A DNA stretch of 64,000 nucleotides, taken from contig CP170459.1 of assembly GCA_047947115.1 (NCBI GenBank), forward strand, positions 1,072,386-1,136,385, written 5' to 3'. Under the pieces are notes generated by a model. The model saw only the letters and a list, made by a program, of their open reading frames with translations, did no database searches and was not told the DNA's origin. Below, piece by piece: positions 8,565 through 19,466 of this stretch. The DNA comes from Verrucomicrobiota bacterium (lineage in GTDB: Bacteria > Verrucomicrobiota > Verrucomicrobiia > Limisphaerales > AAA164-E04). The position numbers and the translations under genes were made by a program. Each line of letters starts with the position of its first letter. Positions within the stretch are counted from its first letter, which is position 1.

Positions 8565-9720
8565 GCCACCATTTGATTTTACCACGGCAGGACGCATTGT
8601 CTTTGGATGGGACCGCCTGCAGGAACTGCCAAAACTGGCAGCCGGGTTTGGGTCGCGCGTGCTGTTGGTTTGCGGCAGCAAGCCGAAACGCATTCAACCT
8701 TGCCTGCAAATTCTCGAACAGAATCATTGCAGGGTCGAGTGCTTCCAGGTTTTGAACGAACCCTCCATAGACACCATTGAAGCTGGCAGCCGGAAAGCCC
8801 GCGAAGGATTTGACTGGGTATTGGGGATGGGTGGAGGCAGCGTGCTCGACGCCGCAAAAGCCATCGCCATCATGACCCGACAATCCGGCGAGGTCATGGA
8901 TTACCTGAAAGTCATTGGCCACGGCAAACCTTTCCAATCACCAGGCCTCCCCATGGTCGCTGTGCCCACCACAGCGGGCACCGGATCCGAAGTCACGCGC
9001 AACGCCGTCCTTTCTTCCAACGAACACAAAGTCAAAGTCAGCATGCGGCATCCCTCCATGCTGCCCGATATGGCGCTGGTGGATCCGGCCCTGACCGTTT
9101 CATGCCCACCGACTATCACAGCTGCGACAGGGCTGGACGCATTGACTCAGCTGATCGAACCATTCCTATCGTGCAAATCCAATCCGATGACGGACGCCTT
9201 TTGCCGACAGGGCATTCCACTCGCCGCACAATCCATCCGAACCGTCGTGGAAAAACCCGAAGACAAACAGGCCAGAACCGACATGGCGCTTGCCAGTTTG
9301 CTTGGAGGTTTGGCCCTGGCCAATGCTGGGCTGGGTGCGGTGCACGGCATCGCCGGGCCATTTGGCGGCATGTTCCCGGGTGCGCCCCATGGGGCCATTT
9401 GTGCGGCGCTTCTTCCAGGTTCATTGGAAGTAAACCACCGGGTCATCAAAGACCGTCACCCGGATCACGCATGCCTTCAGCGCTTCGATGAATTGGCCAG
9501 AATGATAAACGGCGAAGCTCACGCGTCTTTTGAGAGCATGTTGAACTGGGTGGTCGAAACGATAGTCAAGTTAAACATCCCAGGCTTGGGAACATACGGG
9601 TTCAGCAACGAGCACCTGCCGGACCTGATCCAAAAATCAAAAAATGCCAGCAGCATGAAAGGCAATCCCATCGAACTGACCCACAACGAAATCCAAACAA
9701 TCCTCCAAAAAGCCGTCTAA
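8554..9720 (+). CDS. Iron-containing alcohol dehydrogenase
   Basis: GGGSVLDAAKA, PTTAGTGSEVT, DALTQ, GLGAVHG, PHG. Confidence 0.93.
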   Translation: MPGRPPFDFTTAGRIVFGWDRLQELPKLAAGFGSRVLLVCGSKPKRIQPCLQILEQNHCRVECFQVLNEPSIDTIEAGSRKAREGFDWVLGMGGGSVLDAAKAIAIMTRQSGEVMDYLKVIGHGKPFQSPGLPMVAVPTTAGTGSEVTRNAVLSSNEHKVKVSMRHPSMLPDMALVDPALTVSCPPTITAATGLDALTQLIEPFLSCKSNPMTDAFCRQGIPLAAQSIRTVVEKPEDKQARTDMALASLLGGLALANAGLGAVHGIAGPFGGMFPGAPHGAICAALLPGSLEVNHRVIKDRHPDHACLQRFDELARMINGEAHASFESMLNWVVETIVKLNIPGLGTYGFSNEHLPDLIQKSKNASSMKGNPIELTHNEIQTILQKAV

Positions 9721-9910
9721 CAATTCCCCAAGGTAGAAATTGGTCGTCCCTGACTCGTTCCTCAGAGCTCACCAACAGACAAATGCCTCCCAAAGGGAAA
9801 CCCAAAAATCTTCACGCATCCGATGACATGAGGTCAATGAAGTCTTGGGAGGTTATTGAGGGTATCCCGACTCATCCCATGAGCGTCAGGAAAAAAACGT
9901 TTTTGACATC

Positions 9911-10102
9911 CTTGGCGTCGTTGCGCCTGCGCGCCTTTGCGATAAAAACCAGCAGCCATTGACAACTTTTTGAACTTTCAAAGGTTCGATTCAAGAATCT
10001 CTCACGCTGATAAGTGCAAAACTGGAATGGATAACCAAAGGAGAATTTGACCCCTTCCATCAGTTTTCTCGCAAAGGCGCCAAGACTGCGAAGGGCGCAA
10101 AG
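9911..10102. repeat. MITE-like element with inverted CTTTGCG/CGCAAAG-rich ends
   Basis: ...GCGCCTTTGCGATAAAA (~9930-9947) versus TTTTCTCGCAAAGGCGC (~10064-10080), each with tandem degenerate sub-repeats. Confidence 0.5.
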
Positions 10103-10207
10103 TTTTTTAGAGCACACCCAACTGGAATGAGTCGTTGAAACCGTGTTTGCAAAGGATTTGGTATTCGAAACCCAACATACATCCGTTCATCGTTTGATTC
10201 TTTTCGA

Positions 10208-12017
10208 ATGACAAGGCAAAGTGCAGTCATGCAAAACGCGATTCACCACAGATGTCTTAAATGGATTCCGATAGGGTTGATCTTTTTGAGTTCATCCATC
10301 CAGATAAACGCCCTATCCGTCATTGATTTGTTGATCGTTTATTCCCCGGAAGCAGGCCTGGCCGGCAACGGTTCCGAAGCCATGCAACAACTCGCCATGG
10401 CAGCCGTACGGGAAATGAATGCAGCACATGAACGCAGTGTGAGCGATGTTCGGTTTCATCTGGTAGGGTGGTTCAATCAGAGGAAAACCAAGCCGGCACT
10501 TCCACATCCTCCAACCTGCGGGCCATTCGCGAAGCACAGGATGGAACTCTGGACGAAATCCAGGGACTACGGGATCTTTACGGCGCGGACATCGTCACCT
10601 ATATCTTCGACAACGACAGCGGTTCCAATGTTGGCTTGGCGAACAGCTTGACCTCTCTGGATCCATCCTTCAGTGAAAAAGCTTTCAATGTCATTGTGCG
10701 ACGCAAGGCATATGGCGATTGGGTGTTGGCCCACGAAATCGCCCACAACCTCGGCGCCGAACACGACCGGGGAAACGTCAACGGTCTGCCCGGACTGACC
10801 GATTGCGCGTACGGTGACTTTTACAACATTGATGGAGAAGGCGTACACACCATCATGGCCCAAAGTCGATTCAGCGAACGCATCGGCTATTTGTCAAATC
10901 CAAAAGTCCAATTGGCCGGGGAGACGCTGGGAACCGATTCGCCACCGGAAGCGTGTGCGGACAACGTTTCCGCCATCAACATGGCCGGACCTTTCGTCGC
11001 TGGATTTCGTTCCAGAACATTTCTCAACGATGCCTTTGTGGACCGAACCTTGCTGAAAGGATACGGATTCAGTCTGACCGGTGACCTGACAAATTCAACC
11101 CGCGAAGACACCGAACCACTCCACAACCCCAATCGAGACACCGGATCGTTGTGGTGGTCCTGGACCGCGCCCTCAACGGATGAATACGAAATATCCTTTG
11201 CCGGATCTTCCGGGACGCTGTCAGTCGTTTTTTACGAAGGCGACACCCTGCCATCACTGGAACCATTAACAGCATTCAGCAATCAATCCCCTAATCATTC
11301 TGACACTTTGCACGCGGAAGAAGGGATCACCTATCAAATTGCCGCAACAAGTTTGTTAAGTAATAACGCGTTCGTGGCCTTTTCAATCACCCGACCCAAT
11401 GATGCTTTTGAAAATCCCGCCATATTGTCCGGCACACAGTTGATCGCCACTACAGACAGTTCGAATGCCACCAATGAACCCAGAGAGCCCAACCATGGAG
11501 CCATTGATGTTTTTTTGGTTCCACCAGCAACTCCGTTTGGTGGCAATGGTTGGCTCCCGCCAGCGGACCATTCCAGCTCTCCACACAAGGGAGTTTGTTC
11601 GGCACCAATCTAGGGGTTTACACAGGAGCAGCACTGCCCGATCTGGAACTCATAGCAGAAGACGCATACGAGCGAGATCAACCTGTGGCAGAACTCACCT
11701 TCCCCGCGCAAGCGGGTGAGATCTATCGCATCGCTGTGGCAGGTCCCGGAGGATTGGACATTCCTGGTGGTTTTACCGTCTTGAGCCTGGCACAAACACC
11801 TCAACCCAACCTTCGCATGTCCCTGGAAAGAACCACACCATCCAGTCTGATCATTCAAGTGGAAGGATTCACTGATTCCGACTGGATCATTGAAACCACA
11901 GAAGATTTTGAAACCTGGACCGAGTCCGCCCGGTTCACCCCGTCAGACCTCCCAGCGCAACTGCAAGGAACACCCGATCAAACCCAGCGCTTTTTCCGTG
12001 CAAGAAGTATCCCATAG
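10208..12017 (+). pseudogene. Secreted reprolysin-like (M12) zinc metallopeptidase split by two frameshifts
   Basis: Three consecutive overlapping ORFs: signal peptide + IDLLIVYS; HEIAHNLGAEHD with Met-turn TIM and NDAF repeats; C-terminal RFFRA domain. Shifts at G3 10466-10468 and T7 11510-11516. Confidence 0.85.
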
Positions 12018-12027
12018 CGTGTGGTAT

Positions 12028-12091
12028 GGTAGGGACACGCTGCCGCGTGTCCGGTGGCGCGTTCGCGGCCGCGCAGCATTGCGGCTCTGCC
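12028..12091. repeat. GTAG-type REP doublet (REPIN-like)
   Basis: GGTAG+GGACACGC-TGCC-GCGTGTCC, then an inverted degenerate copy GGCCGCGCAGCATTGCGGCTCTGCC; lies between convergent genes. Confidence 0.65.
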
Positions 12092-12150
12092 TCCCCGTGT
12101 CTCTGCGCCTCAAATCCCGTTTACAGGAACGGACGTGAGTAAAAAACCAA

Positions 12151-12927
12151 TCATCGAGCCGCAGCCGGCATCTGCACATCCGTGCGAGGTTGGTACCCAC
12201 GATGCCAATTCTGCACCCATAGTTCCTGCAACTTGATGTAGTCAATATGGCCATCCGTGTAGGCGAGATTAATCCCCTTGTCATGGCGATCCACGAAATA
12301 CCGACGCATGCCCTGAGTGTTATCGCCTCCGTCGTAATTCTGCGGAGGGGTATTTTCAGCACGCGGCCAGGCATCGACCCAATTACCGTCACCATACAAA
12401 GGCACATTGGCGCTGCTATTCATATACATGCCCCAATACCGATTCCGTTCATCGTCCGTTGAAGGCTCGTAGTAACTACCCATCGGCCACTGCATCCAGG
12501 AATTGATCGTATAACTCCCCTCGGCCTTGCTCTTCGCAAAATTTCCCCACCAGAAACTCCAATTCGTTTTGCTGTCACCGGGCCCGTCCTGTTTGGAGCG
12601 ACTCTTGATCGATGGACAAATAATCGTCTGCATGGAGCCCTCATAGCTTTGCTGGGGATCATCCACATAAGAACTGTCCCCCATATAAGGCGCGATGGCG
12701 TGAAACCAATAAGGCTTGCCAGGGCCCAGCACCTGCAGAACCTTATCCTCGTTATCGTCGGCATACATGATGGTCGCCAAAGCAACCTGCTTGAGATTAT
12801 TGGTGCATTTGATGGTTTTGGCCTTGGATTTGGCCCGCCCCAGAGCTGGCAGAAGCATGCCAGCCAGAATGGCGATAATAGCGATCACGACCAACAATTC
12901 GATCAGAGTGAAACCTTTGTTTTTCAT
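12151..12927 (-). CDS. Prepilin-type N-terminal cleavage protein with H-X9-DG motif
   Basis: [46 protein letters not shown]. Confidence 0.92.
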   Translation of the reverse strand: MKNKGFTLIELLVVIAIIAILAGMLLPALGRAKSKAKTIKCTNNLKQVALATIMYADDNEDKVLQVLGPGKPYWFHAIAPYMGDSSYVDDPQQSYEGSMQTIICPSIKSRSKQDGPGDSKTNWSFWWGNFAKSKAEGSYTINSWMQWPMGSYYEPSTDDERNRYWGMYMNSSANVPLYGDGNWVDAWPRAENTPPQNYDGGDNTQGMRRYFVDRHDKGINLAYTDGHIDYIKLQELWVQNWHRGYQPRTDVQMPAAAR

Positions 12928-13080
12928 GGAATTCAACACACTATGCCCCCTGAGAGTCGAAAGGCCAAGATAGAAAATCCCTCAAAACACCTGCCAGAAG
13001 CACCATACAGACAAAGAAACGACAAACTTGAGCTTGCCAAAAGAGGCCCGGCCCATTAATTTCCACCTCCTGCAACGCAT

Positions 13081-13167
13081 GCCGGCGTGGCGGAATTGGC
13101 AGACGCGCTAGACTCAAAATCTGGTTCTCGCAAGGGAGTGGGGGTTCGAGCCCCTCCGCCGGTACCA
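13081..13167 (+). tRNA. tRNA-Leu (anticodon CAA)
   Basis: Acceptor stem GCCGGCG/CGCCGGT, D-loop GGAATTGGCAGAC, anticodon arm CTAGA-CTCAAAA-TCTGG, long variable arm, GGTTCGAG, encoded CCA. Confidence 0.97.
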
Positions 13168-13345
13168 TGACAAATTCAATTTGTTATGGATTTCAATACC
13201 CAATCTTTAGGCAAGAGCCGAGATCGGGAACCTAGCAATGCGGCCTGATCCTTTGTACCCTCTCAAACTCAGTCTCACACCTTTGACCAATAGCCTAAGT
13301 TCTGAACCTGAAATTCAACCCCCAACTTCCCTTGAAGCGCAACTT

Positions 13346-13411
13346 ATGCGATCGAATAGATATTCGTTTTACATGCGATCGAATTAAAAACTATCTTGCA
13401 TGCGTTCGCAT
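13346..13411. promoter_or_regulatory. Three HipB-type operator palindromes at a 27-bp period
   Basis: ATGCGATCGAAT (13346), ATGCGATCGAAT (13373), ATGCGTTCGCAT (13400). Confidence 0.75.
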
Positions 13412-13422
13412 TGTTTTTTACG

Positions 13423-13701
13423 ATGAAGATTATGTTTATCACCTCAGTTATCGAACTTGGTGCGTTGGTCCGTTCTGAAAGGAGGAAACGGAATTGGACT
13501 CAGCAGGAACTCGCTGAAAGGGTAGGAGTCAAATCACTATGGGTTTCACAATTCGAGCGGGGAAAGGCGACGGCGCAGGTTGGGCTTGTTTTGCGTACGT
13601 TAAAAACGCTGGATATCGTGCTGCAGGTTGGAAATGTTTGTTCCGACAAGGAGCAGGTTGATTCGATGGACATTGATCTGGACTCCATCGTAGGCCTCTG
13701 A
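13423..13701 (+). CDS. hipB: HipB-like XRE HTH antitoxin
   Basis: LGALVRSERRKRNWTQQELAERVGV...SQFERGK; upstream of hipA. Confidence 0.88.
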   Translation: MKIMFITSVIELGALVRSERRKRNWTQQELAERVGVKSLWVSQFERGKATAQVGLVLRTLKTLDIVLQVGNVCSDKEQVDSMDIDLDSIVGL

Positions 13702-13732
13702 AGTCCGGGAAACCTTGAATCATTGAACTGAA

Positions 13733-15064
13733 ATGTCAGTTGCATTCGAAAACCAGAAGGAAGTATTGGAAGCTCTTTACAACGGGAAAAGGGTTGGACA
13801 ACTGCATTACGCGAAGAACCTGGCCAGATTTTCTTATACCGAGGAGTGGACGAGAGATCCAGCCGCCTTCCCTATTTCGTTATCAATGCCCTTGGCACAG
13901 AAAGATCACACTGATCAGGTCGTGCGTCCTTTTGTCGCAGGTCTATTGCCAGACAGTGATGCTGTGTTGAATCAATGGAGCAGAAGATTTCAAGTCTCCC
14001 GCCACAATCCATTCAAACTGCTGGAACACATTGGCGAGGAATGTGCCGGCGGCATCCAATTCGTTCCGCCGGACCGTTTGCCCAAATGGCTGAGTCATTC
14101 ACCTCCGTCCGGAGTTGACTGGCTGACCGAGGAAGATTTCGTCGAACGAATCGAAAGACTCGGGAAGGATGGCAGCGCGTCTCGAAAGTATGGGGATGAA
14201 GGACATTTCAGTCTCGCAGGTGCGCAAGTAAAGACCGCACTTTATCGTGACCCGATTGAAAATCGGTGGGGAGTTCCGAAGGGAATCACACCGACGACGC
14301 ATATTATCAAACCAAACACGGGGAACTTTGATTCGTTTGAACTGAATGAACACTACTGTTTGAAACTGGCCCATTCAATGGGTCTGAAAGCAGCCGCATC
14401 CTGGACTGAGATAATTGGAACTACCCCCGTCATCATCGTTGAGCGCTATGATCGCATCAAGCTCACGGACAAAATGATCCGCATCCATCAGGAAGATTGT
14501 TGCCAAGCGCTGTCAAGGCCACCCGAGAAAAAATATCAAAACGAAGGTGGACCATCTGCCACCGAACTTTTCCAATTAATCCGAAACCATTCCAGTAAAC
14601 CGCATGAAGATGTCATTCGGTTGCTGGACGCTTTGATTTTCAATTATCTTGTTTGCGGCACAGATGCGCATGCCAAGAATTTCAGTTTATTGATCGCCGG
14701 CAAGGGGCAGGTGCGACTGGCACCACTCTATGACCTGATATCCATCCTGCCATATGAACAATATGAACCGAGAAAAACAAAACTGGCCATGAAGATAGGC
14801 GGACATTACCGCCTTTGGGAAATCGGTAAAAAGCAATGGCAAAAGGCAGCAAAAGAATGGCAGTTCGATCAAGATTTTGTGATCGATCGCCTCTACACCG
14901 CATCAGAAAAACTGAAAAAAGCCGCACATGCAACCAGATCTGAAATGCCCGGACAAGCACATGAACAAAATCGCTTTTTGGATGAAATCGCAAAGTTGAT
15001 TTCAGACCGTGCAGATTCATGCTCAAAAAAAATCGCTGATCAAAATTCAAGACATGGGGCTTAA
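13733..15064 (+). CDS. hipA: HipA-family kinase toxin
   Basis: ISLSMP, GLLPD, FSLAGAQVK, IVERYDR, HQED, DAHAKNFS, LAPLYDL. Confidence 0.95.
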   Translation: MSVAFENQKEVLEALYNGKRVGQLHYAKNLARFSYTEEWTRDPAAFPISLSMPLAQKDHTDQVVRPFVAGLLPDSDAVLNQWSRRFQVSRHNPFKLLEHIGEECAGGIQFVPPDRLPKWLSHSPPSGVDWLTEEDFVERIERLGKDGSASRKYGDEGHFSLAGAQVKTALYRDPIENRWGVPKGITPTTHIIKPNTGNFDSFELNEHYCLKLAHSMGLKAAASWTEIIGTTPVIIVERYDRIKLTDKMIRIHQEDCCQALSRPPEKKYQNEGGPSATELFQLIRNHSSKPHEDVIRLLDALIFNYLVCGTDAHAKNFSLLIAGKGQVRLAPLYDLISILPYEQYEPRKTKLAMKIGGHYRLWEIGKKQWQKAAKEWQFDQDFVIDRLYTASEKLKKAAHATRSEMPGQAHEQNRFLDEIAKLISDRADSCSKKIADQNSRHGA

Positions 15065-15100
15065 AGGTATATTCCATCATCCGCTCTACTCCTTCTCAAC

Positions 15101-15131
15101 ATCTGCGTCAATCTGCGAGCATCTGTGGTTC
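15101..15131. repeat. Tandem ATCTG decamer repeat (half element)
   Basis: ATCTGCGTCA ATCTGCGAGC ATCTGTGGTTC; same family as 22821-22850. Confidence 0.55.
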
Positions 15132-15245
15132 AAACTTAGCAACCCGTAAAAAGTAACAAAAGTTAAGACTGACCCTCCCTCGTGTGTGTTTTGTCTTTTA
15201 TTGTGGCGGATCGTGATTACTCTTTGGGCGCTACGTAGTATTGGC

Positions 15246-17036
15246 ATGGAAACCAAATTTATCAGGAACTTTAGCATTATTGCTCATATCGACCACGGCA
15301 AGACGACCTTGTCGGACCGCTTGCTGCATTTGACCGGAACCATTTCGGACCGTGACATGCAGGCTCAGTTGTTGGATTCAATGGATCTGGAAAAGGAGCG
15401 CGGCATCACCATTAAAGCGCATCCGGTCACGATGTATTATACCGCCAAGGACGGAAACCGGTATGAGTTGAATCTGATCGACACTCCCGGGCATGTTGAT
15501 TTTTCTTATGAAGTCTCACGCAGTTTGAGTGCTTGTGAAGGGGCTTTGTTGATCATTGACGCCGCACAGGGGGTAGAAGCGCAAACAGTTGCAAACCTCC
15601 ACCTGGCCATGAAGCAGGAACTGACCATCATTCCTGTGCTCAATAAAATCGATCTTCCACATGCCAATGTCGAGGAAGTGCTCACTCAGTTGGAGGACAT
15701 TCTGGCGATTCCCCGTGAAGAGGCCATTCCGGCCAGTGCCAAAAACGGCATCGGCATTGAAGAGATTCTGGAGGCAATCGTTCAGCGGGTGCCTCCCCCC
15801 AAACCGACGGGCGCTGCATCGACACAAGCCCTGCTGTTTGATTCTTATTACGATACCTACCGGGGTGTTGTGACGCATGTGCGCGTTTTTAATGGTGCGT
15901 TGAAGGCGGGAAATCAGGTCAAATTGCTGCATTCCAGCAAAAATGTGGAAATCAAGGAGGTCGGCAGTTTCAATCCCAAACCATACAAACGGGATGAACT
16001 AACCGCTGGTGAAACGGGCTATTTCACCGCGAACATCAAGTCTCCGCTGGATATCAAGATCGGCGACACCATGACCGATTCCAAGAATCCGTCGCCTCCA
16101 CTTCCCGGTTTTCAGGAAATTCATCCGATGGTGTACAGTGGAATATATCCCATCAACACCGCCGACTACGAACACCTGAAAGCCAATCTGGCCAAACTGC
16201 AACTTAATGACTCTGCGTTTGCCTATCAGCAGGAGACATCCGTGGCGCTCGGCTTTGGTTTTCGCTGTGGTTTCCTTGGCTTGTTGCATCTGGAAATCAT
16301 CCAGGAACGATTGCGCCGTGAGTTCGAGATGGACATCATCGCGACTTATCCCAGTGTGGTTTACAAGGTCACACTGACTGATGGATCTGTCAAAGAAGTG
16401 GATAATCCGGCTCACCTGCCACCGGTCAATCATATCGAAGTCATTGAGGAACCCATGGTCAAATCATTCATCATCTGCCCCAACGGTTACATCGGGGACA
16501 TGATGGCTCTGGTATCAGAAAAGCGCGGACTTCTGGTTCATACCGAGACCCTGGACGGAGCGCGAGTGATGCTGACCTGTCGCATTCCTTTGGGTGAAAT
16601 CCTCATTGATTTCCACGATCGCATCAAAAGTTTGACCCGGGGTTACGGCTCCATGGATTACGAACACGATGGGTATGAACCAGCCGACATGGTGAAACTG
16701 GACATGCTCGTCAACGCCGAATCGGTCGATGCCTTTTCCTGCATTGTCCACCGCACCAAAGCGGAATACAGGGGACGCGCTCTGGCGGCGAAACTGAGCG
16801 AGGTCATCCCGCGCCAACAATTCCAAGTGGCGATTCAAGCTGCAATCGGAGGCAAGATTGTTGCCCGTGAAACCGTTCGCGCCCTACGCAAGGATGTGAC
16901 CGCAAAGTGCTACGGCGGTGATATTACGCGAAAACGCAAATTGTTGGAGAAACAAAAGGAAGGTAAAAAGCGTATGAAATCAGTGGGATCGGTGAACATC
17001 CCGCAAGAAGCCTTTGTTCAGGTGTTAAAATCATGA
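15246..17036 (+). CDS. lepA: Elongation factor 4
   Basis: IRNFSIIAHIDHGKTTL, DTPGHVDF, NKID, KCYGGDITRKRKLLEKQK. Confidence 0.98.
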   Translation: METKFIRNFSIIAHIDHGKTTLSDRLLHLTGTISDRDMQAQLLDSMDLEKERGITIKAHPVTMYYTAKDGNRYELNLIDTPGHVDFSYEVSRSLSACEGALLIIDAAQGVEAQTVANLHLAMKQELTIIPVLNKIDLPHANVEEVLTQLEDILAIPREEAIPASAKNGIGIEEILEAIVQRVPPPKPTGAASTQALLFDSYYDTYRGVVTHVRVFNGALKAGNQVKLLHSSKNVEIKEVGSFNPKPYKRDELTAGETGYFTANIKSPLDIKIGDTMTDSKNPSPPLPGFQEIHPMVYSGIYPINTADYEHLKANLAKLQLNDSAFAYQQETSVALGFGFRCGFLGLLHLEIIQERLRREFEMDIIATYPSVVYKVTLTDGSVKEVDNPAHLPPVNHIEVIEEPMVKSFIICPNGYIGDMMALVSEKRGLLVHTETLDGARVMLTCRIPLGEILIDFHDRIKSLTRGYGSMDYEHDGYEPADMVKLDMLVNAESVDAFSCIVHRTKAEYRGRALAAKLSEVIPRQQFQVAIQAAIGGKIVARETVRALRKDVTAKCYGGDITRKRKLLEKQKEGKKRMKSVGSVNIPQEAFVQVLKS

Positions 17037-18220
17037 TTACTTTTTCAATTCGTTGGTTGACCTCCAAAAAGGTCAGGACAGCCGTCCAGATGCGGCATCA
17101 TGTATGGAAATATTTGAACGCCCAGCGCGACCTTTTGAAACCCGATGCCATTGAAGCCCTGGAAGCCTCCATGCAGCAGGTCACCCATGCCATTCTTGCC
17201 AAGGATGGCGCTCCCAGCCTCGACGAGGCGATGGAGAATATCGAGAAGACCGCCAACGATTGGCTGAAACCTTACCCTCACGCGGCGTTACGCGAGAATA
17301 TAGAAGTGTTTCTGGTCGCGGCAGCGGTGGTCTTGGCGTTCCGATCCTTTTTCTTCCAACCCATGGCGATTCCGTCCGGTTCGGCTCAACCGACCTTTTG
17401 GGGAATTGTGGCGGAAGATTTGAAATCAAAAAAGGATGCGACCGTTCCAACAGGGTTGAAAAAATACTACCTGTCGTGGGTCAAAGGGGAGAAATATTAC
17501 CACGTTCAGGCGCGCAATTCTGGCGTGTTCCGCGCCATCGATGAAAAACCCGTGCGGATCATCCCTTTCATCACCAAACAACGTTTCATGGTTGGAAATG
17601 AAAAGTACACGCTTTGGTGGCCTCCCGAGAACCTTTGGAGCGAATCCAGACTCCAAAACGGTCTGTCCATCAAGGAAGGGGATGACATCATCAAATTGAA
17701 GGTGACCAGTGGGGATCATTTGTTTGTCGATCGGTTCACCTACAACTTCAGGAGACCCACGCGCGGAGAAACCATTGTATTCAAGTCAACGGGTGTACCC
17801 AAATTGACCCAAAACACCCATTACATCAAACGACTGGTCGGACTGGGCGGGGAGAAGATTAGTATTGGAGATGACCGCCATGCCTACATCAACGGCACCC
17901 GTCTGGAAGCGAGTGATCCCGGTTTCGAATTCGTTTACTCATTTGGTGACAATCCCCCTGAGGACAGCAAATTCTCAGGCCACGTGAACGGTAAAGTGGC
18001 TTTGGAAGCTGGCAACATGGCAGTCGGTATGAATACCCAGTTCCGGGATGGTGAGACGGAATACCAAATCCGCGACAACCATTACTTCGTCATGGGCGAC
18101 AACACCATGAACAGTTATGACAGCCGTGCCTGGTTGGATTTCCCACGTGAGAAGGTCATTGGAAAACAGTTTTTTGTCTTCTGGCCCATCACCGATCGAT
18201 TCGGATGGCACAATAAGTAG
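17033..18220 (+). CDS. lepB: Signal peptidase I
   Basis: IPSGS catalytic Ser, YIKRLVG, MGDNTMNSYDSR; coupled to lepA. Confidence 0.93.
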   Translation: MITFSIRWLTSKKVRTAVQMRHHVWKYLNAQRDLLKPDAIEALEASMQQVTHAILAKDGAPSLDEAMENIEKTANDWLKPYPHAALRENIEVFLVAAAVVLAFRSFFFQPMAIPSGSAQPTFWGIVAEDLKSKKDATVPTGLKKYYLSWVKGEKYYHVQARNSGVFRAIDEKPVRIIPFITKQRFMVGNEKYTLWWPPENLWSESRLQNGLSIKEGDDIIKLKVTSGDHLFVDRFTYNFRRPTRGETIVFKSTGVPKLTQNTHYIKRLVGLGGEKISIGDDRHAYINGTRLEASDPGFEFVYSFGDNPPEDSKFSGHVNGKVALEAGNMAVGMNTQFRDGETEYQIRDNHYFVMGDNTMNSYDSRAWLDFPREKVIGKQFFVFWPITDRFGWHNK

Positions 18221-18469
18221 TCCTTACCACAAGGCGGATGCTGATACATTTCGCAAGATTTTAATGCTTCCGGAGTGATGGGTTCGGTCATTTCAGGAAT
18301 AATAAACCCCGGTTTTCAGCTCAAGATTTAATCCTATCTAGCTGACGCTCATAATCTTTTGTTAATCGAACTAAAGTTGAACGCAATGTGCCGTTAAAAG
18401 CACAGTTGTTTCAAGGAGCATTTTGCTCTTAATTACCGTCGGTCCCAAAAGAGATTCAACAGAACGTAT

Positions 18470-19360
18470 ATGATCATGAACATTCAACCAAAAAGCAAAG
18501 GTGTGTCCCGATCAAAACACCAGGGTTTCACACTCATTGAACTGCTCGTTGTGATCGCCATCATCGCGATCCTCGCCGGCATGTTGCTGCCGGCCCTCAG
18601 CAAGGCAAAGGATAAGGCCAAAGGCATCCTTTGCATGAACAATACCAAACAACTCATGCTGGCTTGCCACATGTATTTGGGAGACAATGAAGACAAATTC
18701 CCGGCTTCCTGCCACGGAAGCGGCGTCGCACAAGGCTCATGGGTGACCGGATGGCTGGATTGGGGTAATCGCCAAGACAACACGAACGTCCAATACCTGC
18801 TGGACCCTCAATACTCTGTTTTGGCTTCCTATTTTTCAAATGCCAAAAACATCTTCAAATGCCCATCGGACAATAAACTCAGTGCCGCACAAAGACGTCT
18901 CGGTTGGTCCGAACGCGTGCGGAGTATTTCAGGAAACATCCGCGTAGGCGTTTGCAGAAACAACGCAGGCGGTGCGGCAGCCTGGGCTTCCCGCGATTAC
19001 GCAACAGAAGTCGAAAAAATGTCAGGATTAAATAACCCGGGCCCATCCGAGACCTGGGTCTATGCGGACGAGCATCCGGACAGCATCAACGATGCCGGGT
19101 GTTTCACCCCAGAGCTGGAGCGCGGCAATCCCTGGGTGGATACCCCTGCGAATTACCATAACGGCGCGGGAGGCCTCGCCTTTGCGGACGGTCACTCTGA
19201 AGTGCATAAATGGACCTCCTCCAACTCCCAGCAAAACAACCCCATTCGCGTTGCTGCCTTCTCCGCACCTGCCGCTACAGCAAACGATCCGGACGCTGTG
19301 TGGCTGGCATTGCGCACGCAACGAAAAGCAGGGCATCAGCTCCCGGTTGGAGCACGATAA
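18470..19360 (+). CDS. Prepilin-type N-terminal cleavage protein with H-X9-DG motif
   Basis: [44 protein letters not shown]. Confidence 0.92.
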   Translation: MIMNIQPKSKGVSRSKHQGFTLIELLVVIAIIAILAGMLLPALSKAKDKAKGILCMNNTKQLMLACHMYLGDNEDKFPASCHGSGVAQGSWVTGWLDWGNRQDNTNVQYLLDPQYSVLASYFSNAKNIFKCPSDNKLSAAQRRLGWSERVRSISGNIRVGVCRNNAGGAAAWASRDYATEVEKMSGLNNPGPSETWVYADEHPDSINDAGCFTPELERGNPWVDTPANYHNGAGGLAFADGHSEVHKWTSSNSQQNNPIRVAAFSAPAATANDPDAVWLALRTQRKAGHQLPVGAR

Positions 19361-19389
19361 AGTTTCGATACCAATATTCACAACAACTC

Positions 19390-19423
19390 AAAAGCCCGTC
19401 GGATTCATCCGACGGGCTTTTTT
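19390..19423 (+). terminator. Intrinsic terminator
   Basis: AAAAGCCCGTCGGAT-TC-ATCCGACGGGCTTTT followed by more Ts. Confidence 0.85.
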
Positions 19424-19466
19424 ATTTGAACCGACCCCAAGATTGGACTACATAAAAGGAAGTCTT

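Noticed and set aside
13346-13411. Mini-CRISPR array
   Set aside because: Repeats of 12 bp and spacers of 15 bp are too short, there are no cas genes, and the position fits hipB operators.
13168-15245. Integrative element or prophage at tRNA-Leu
   Set aside because: No integrase and no duplicated tRNA 3' end found in the window.
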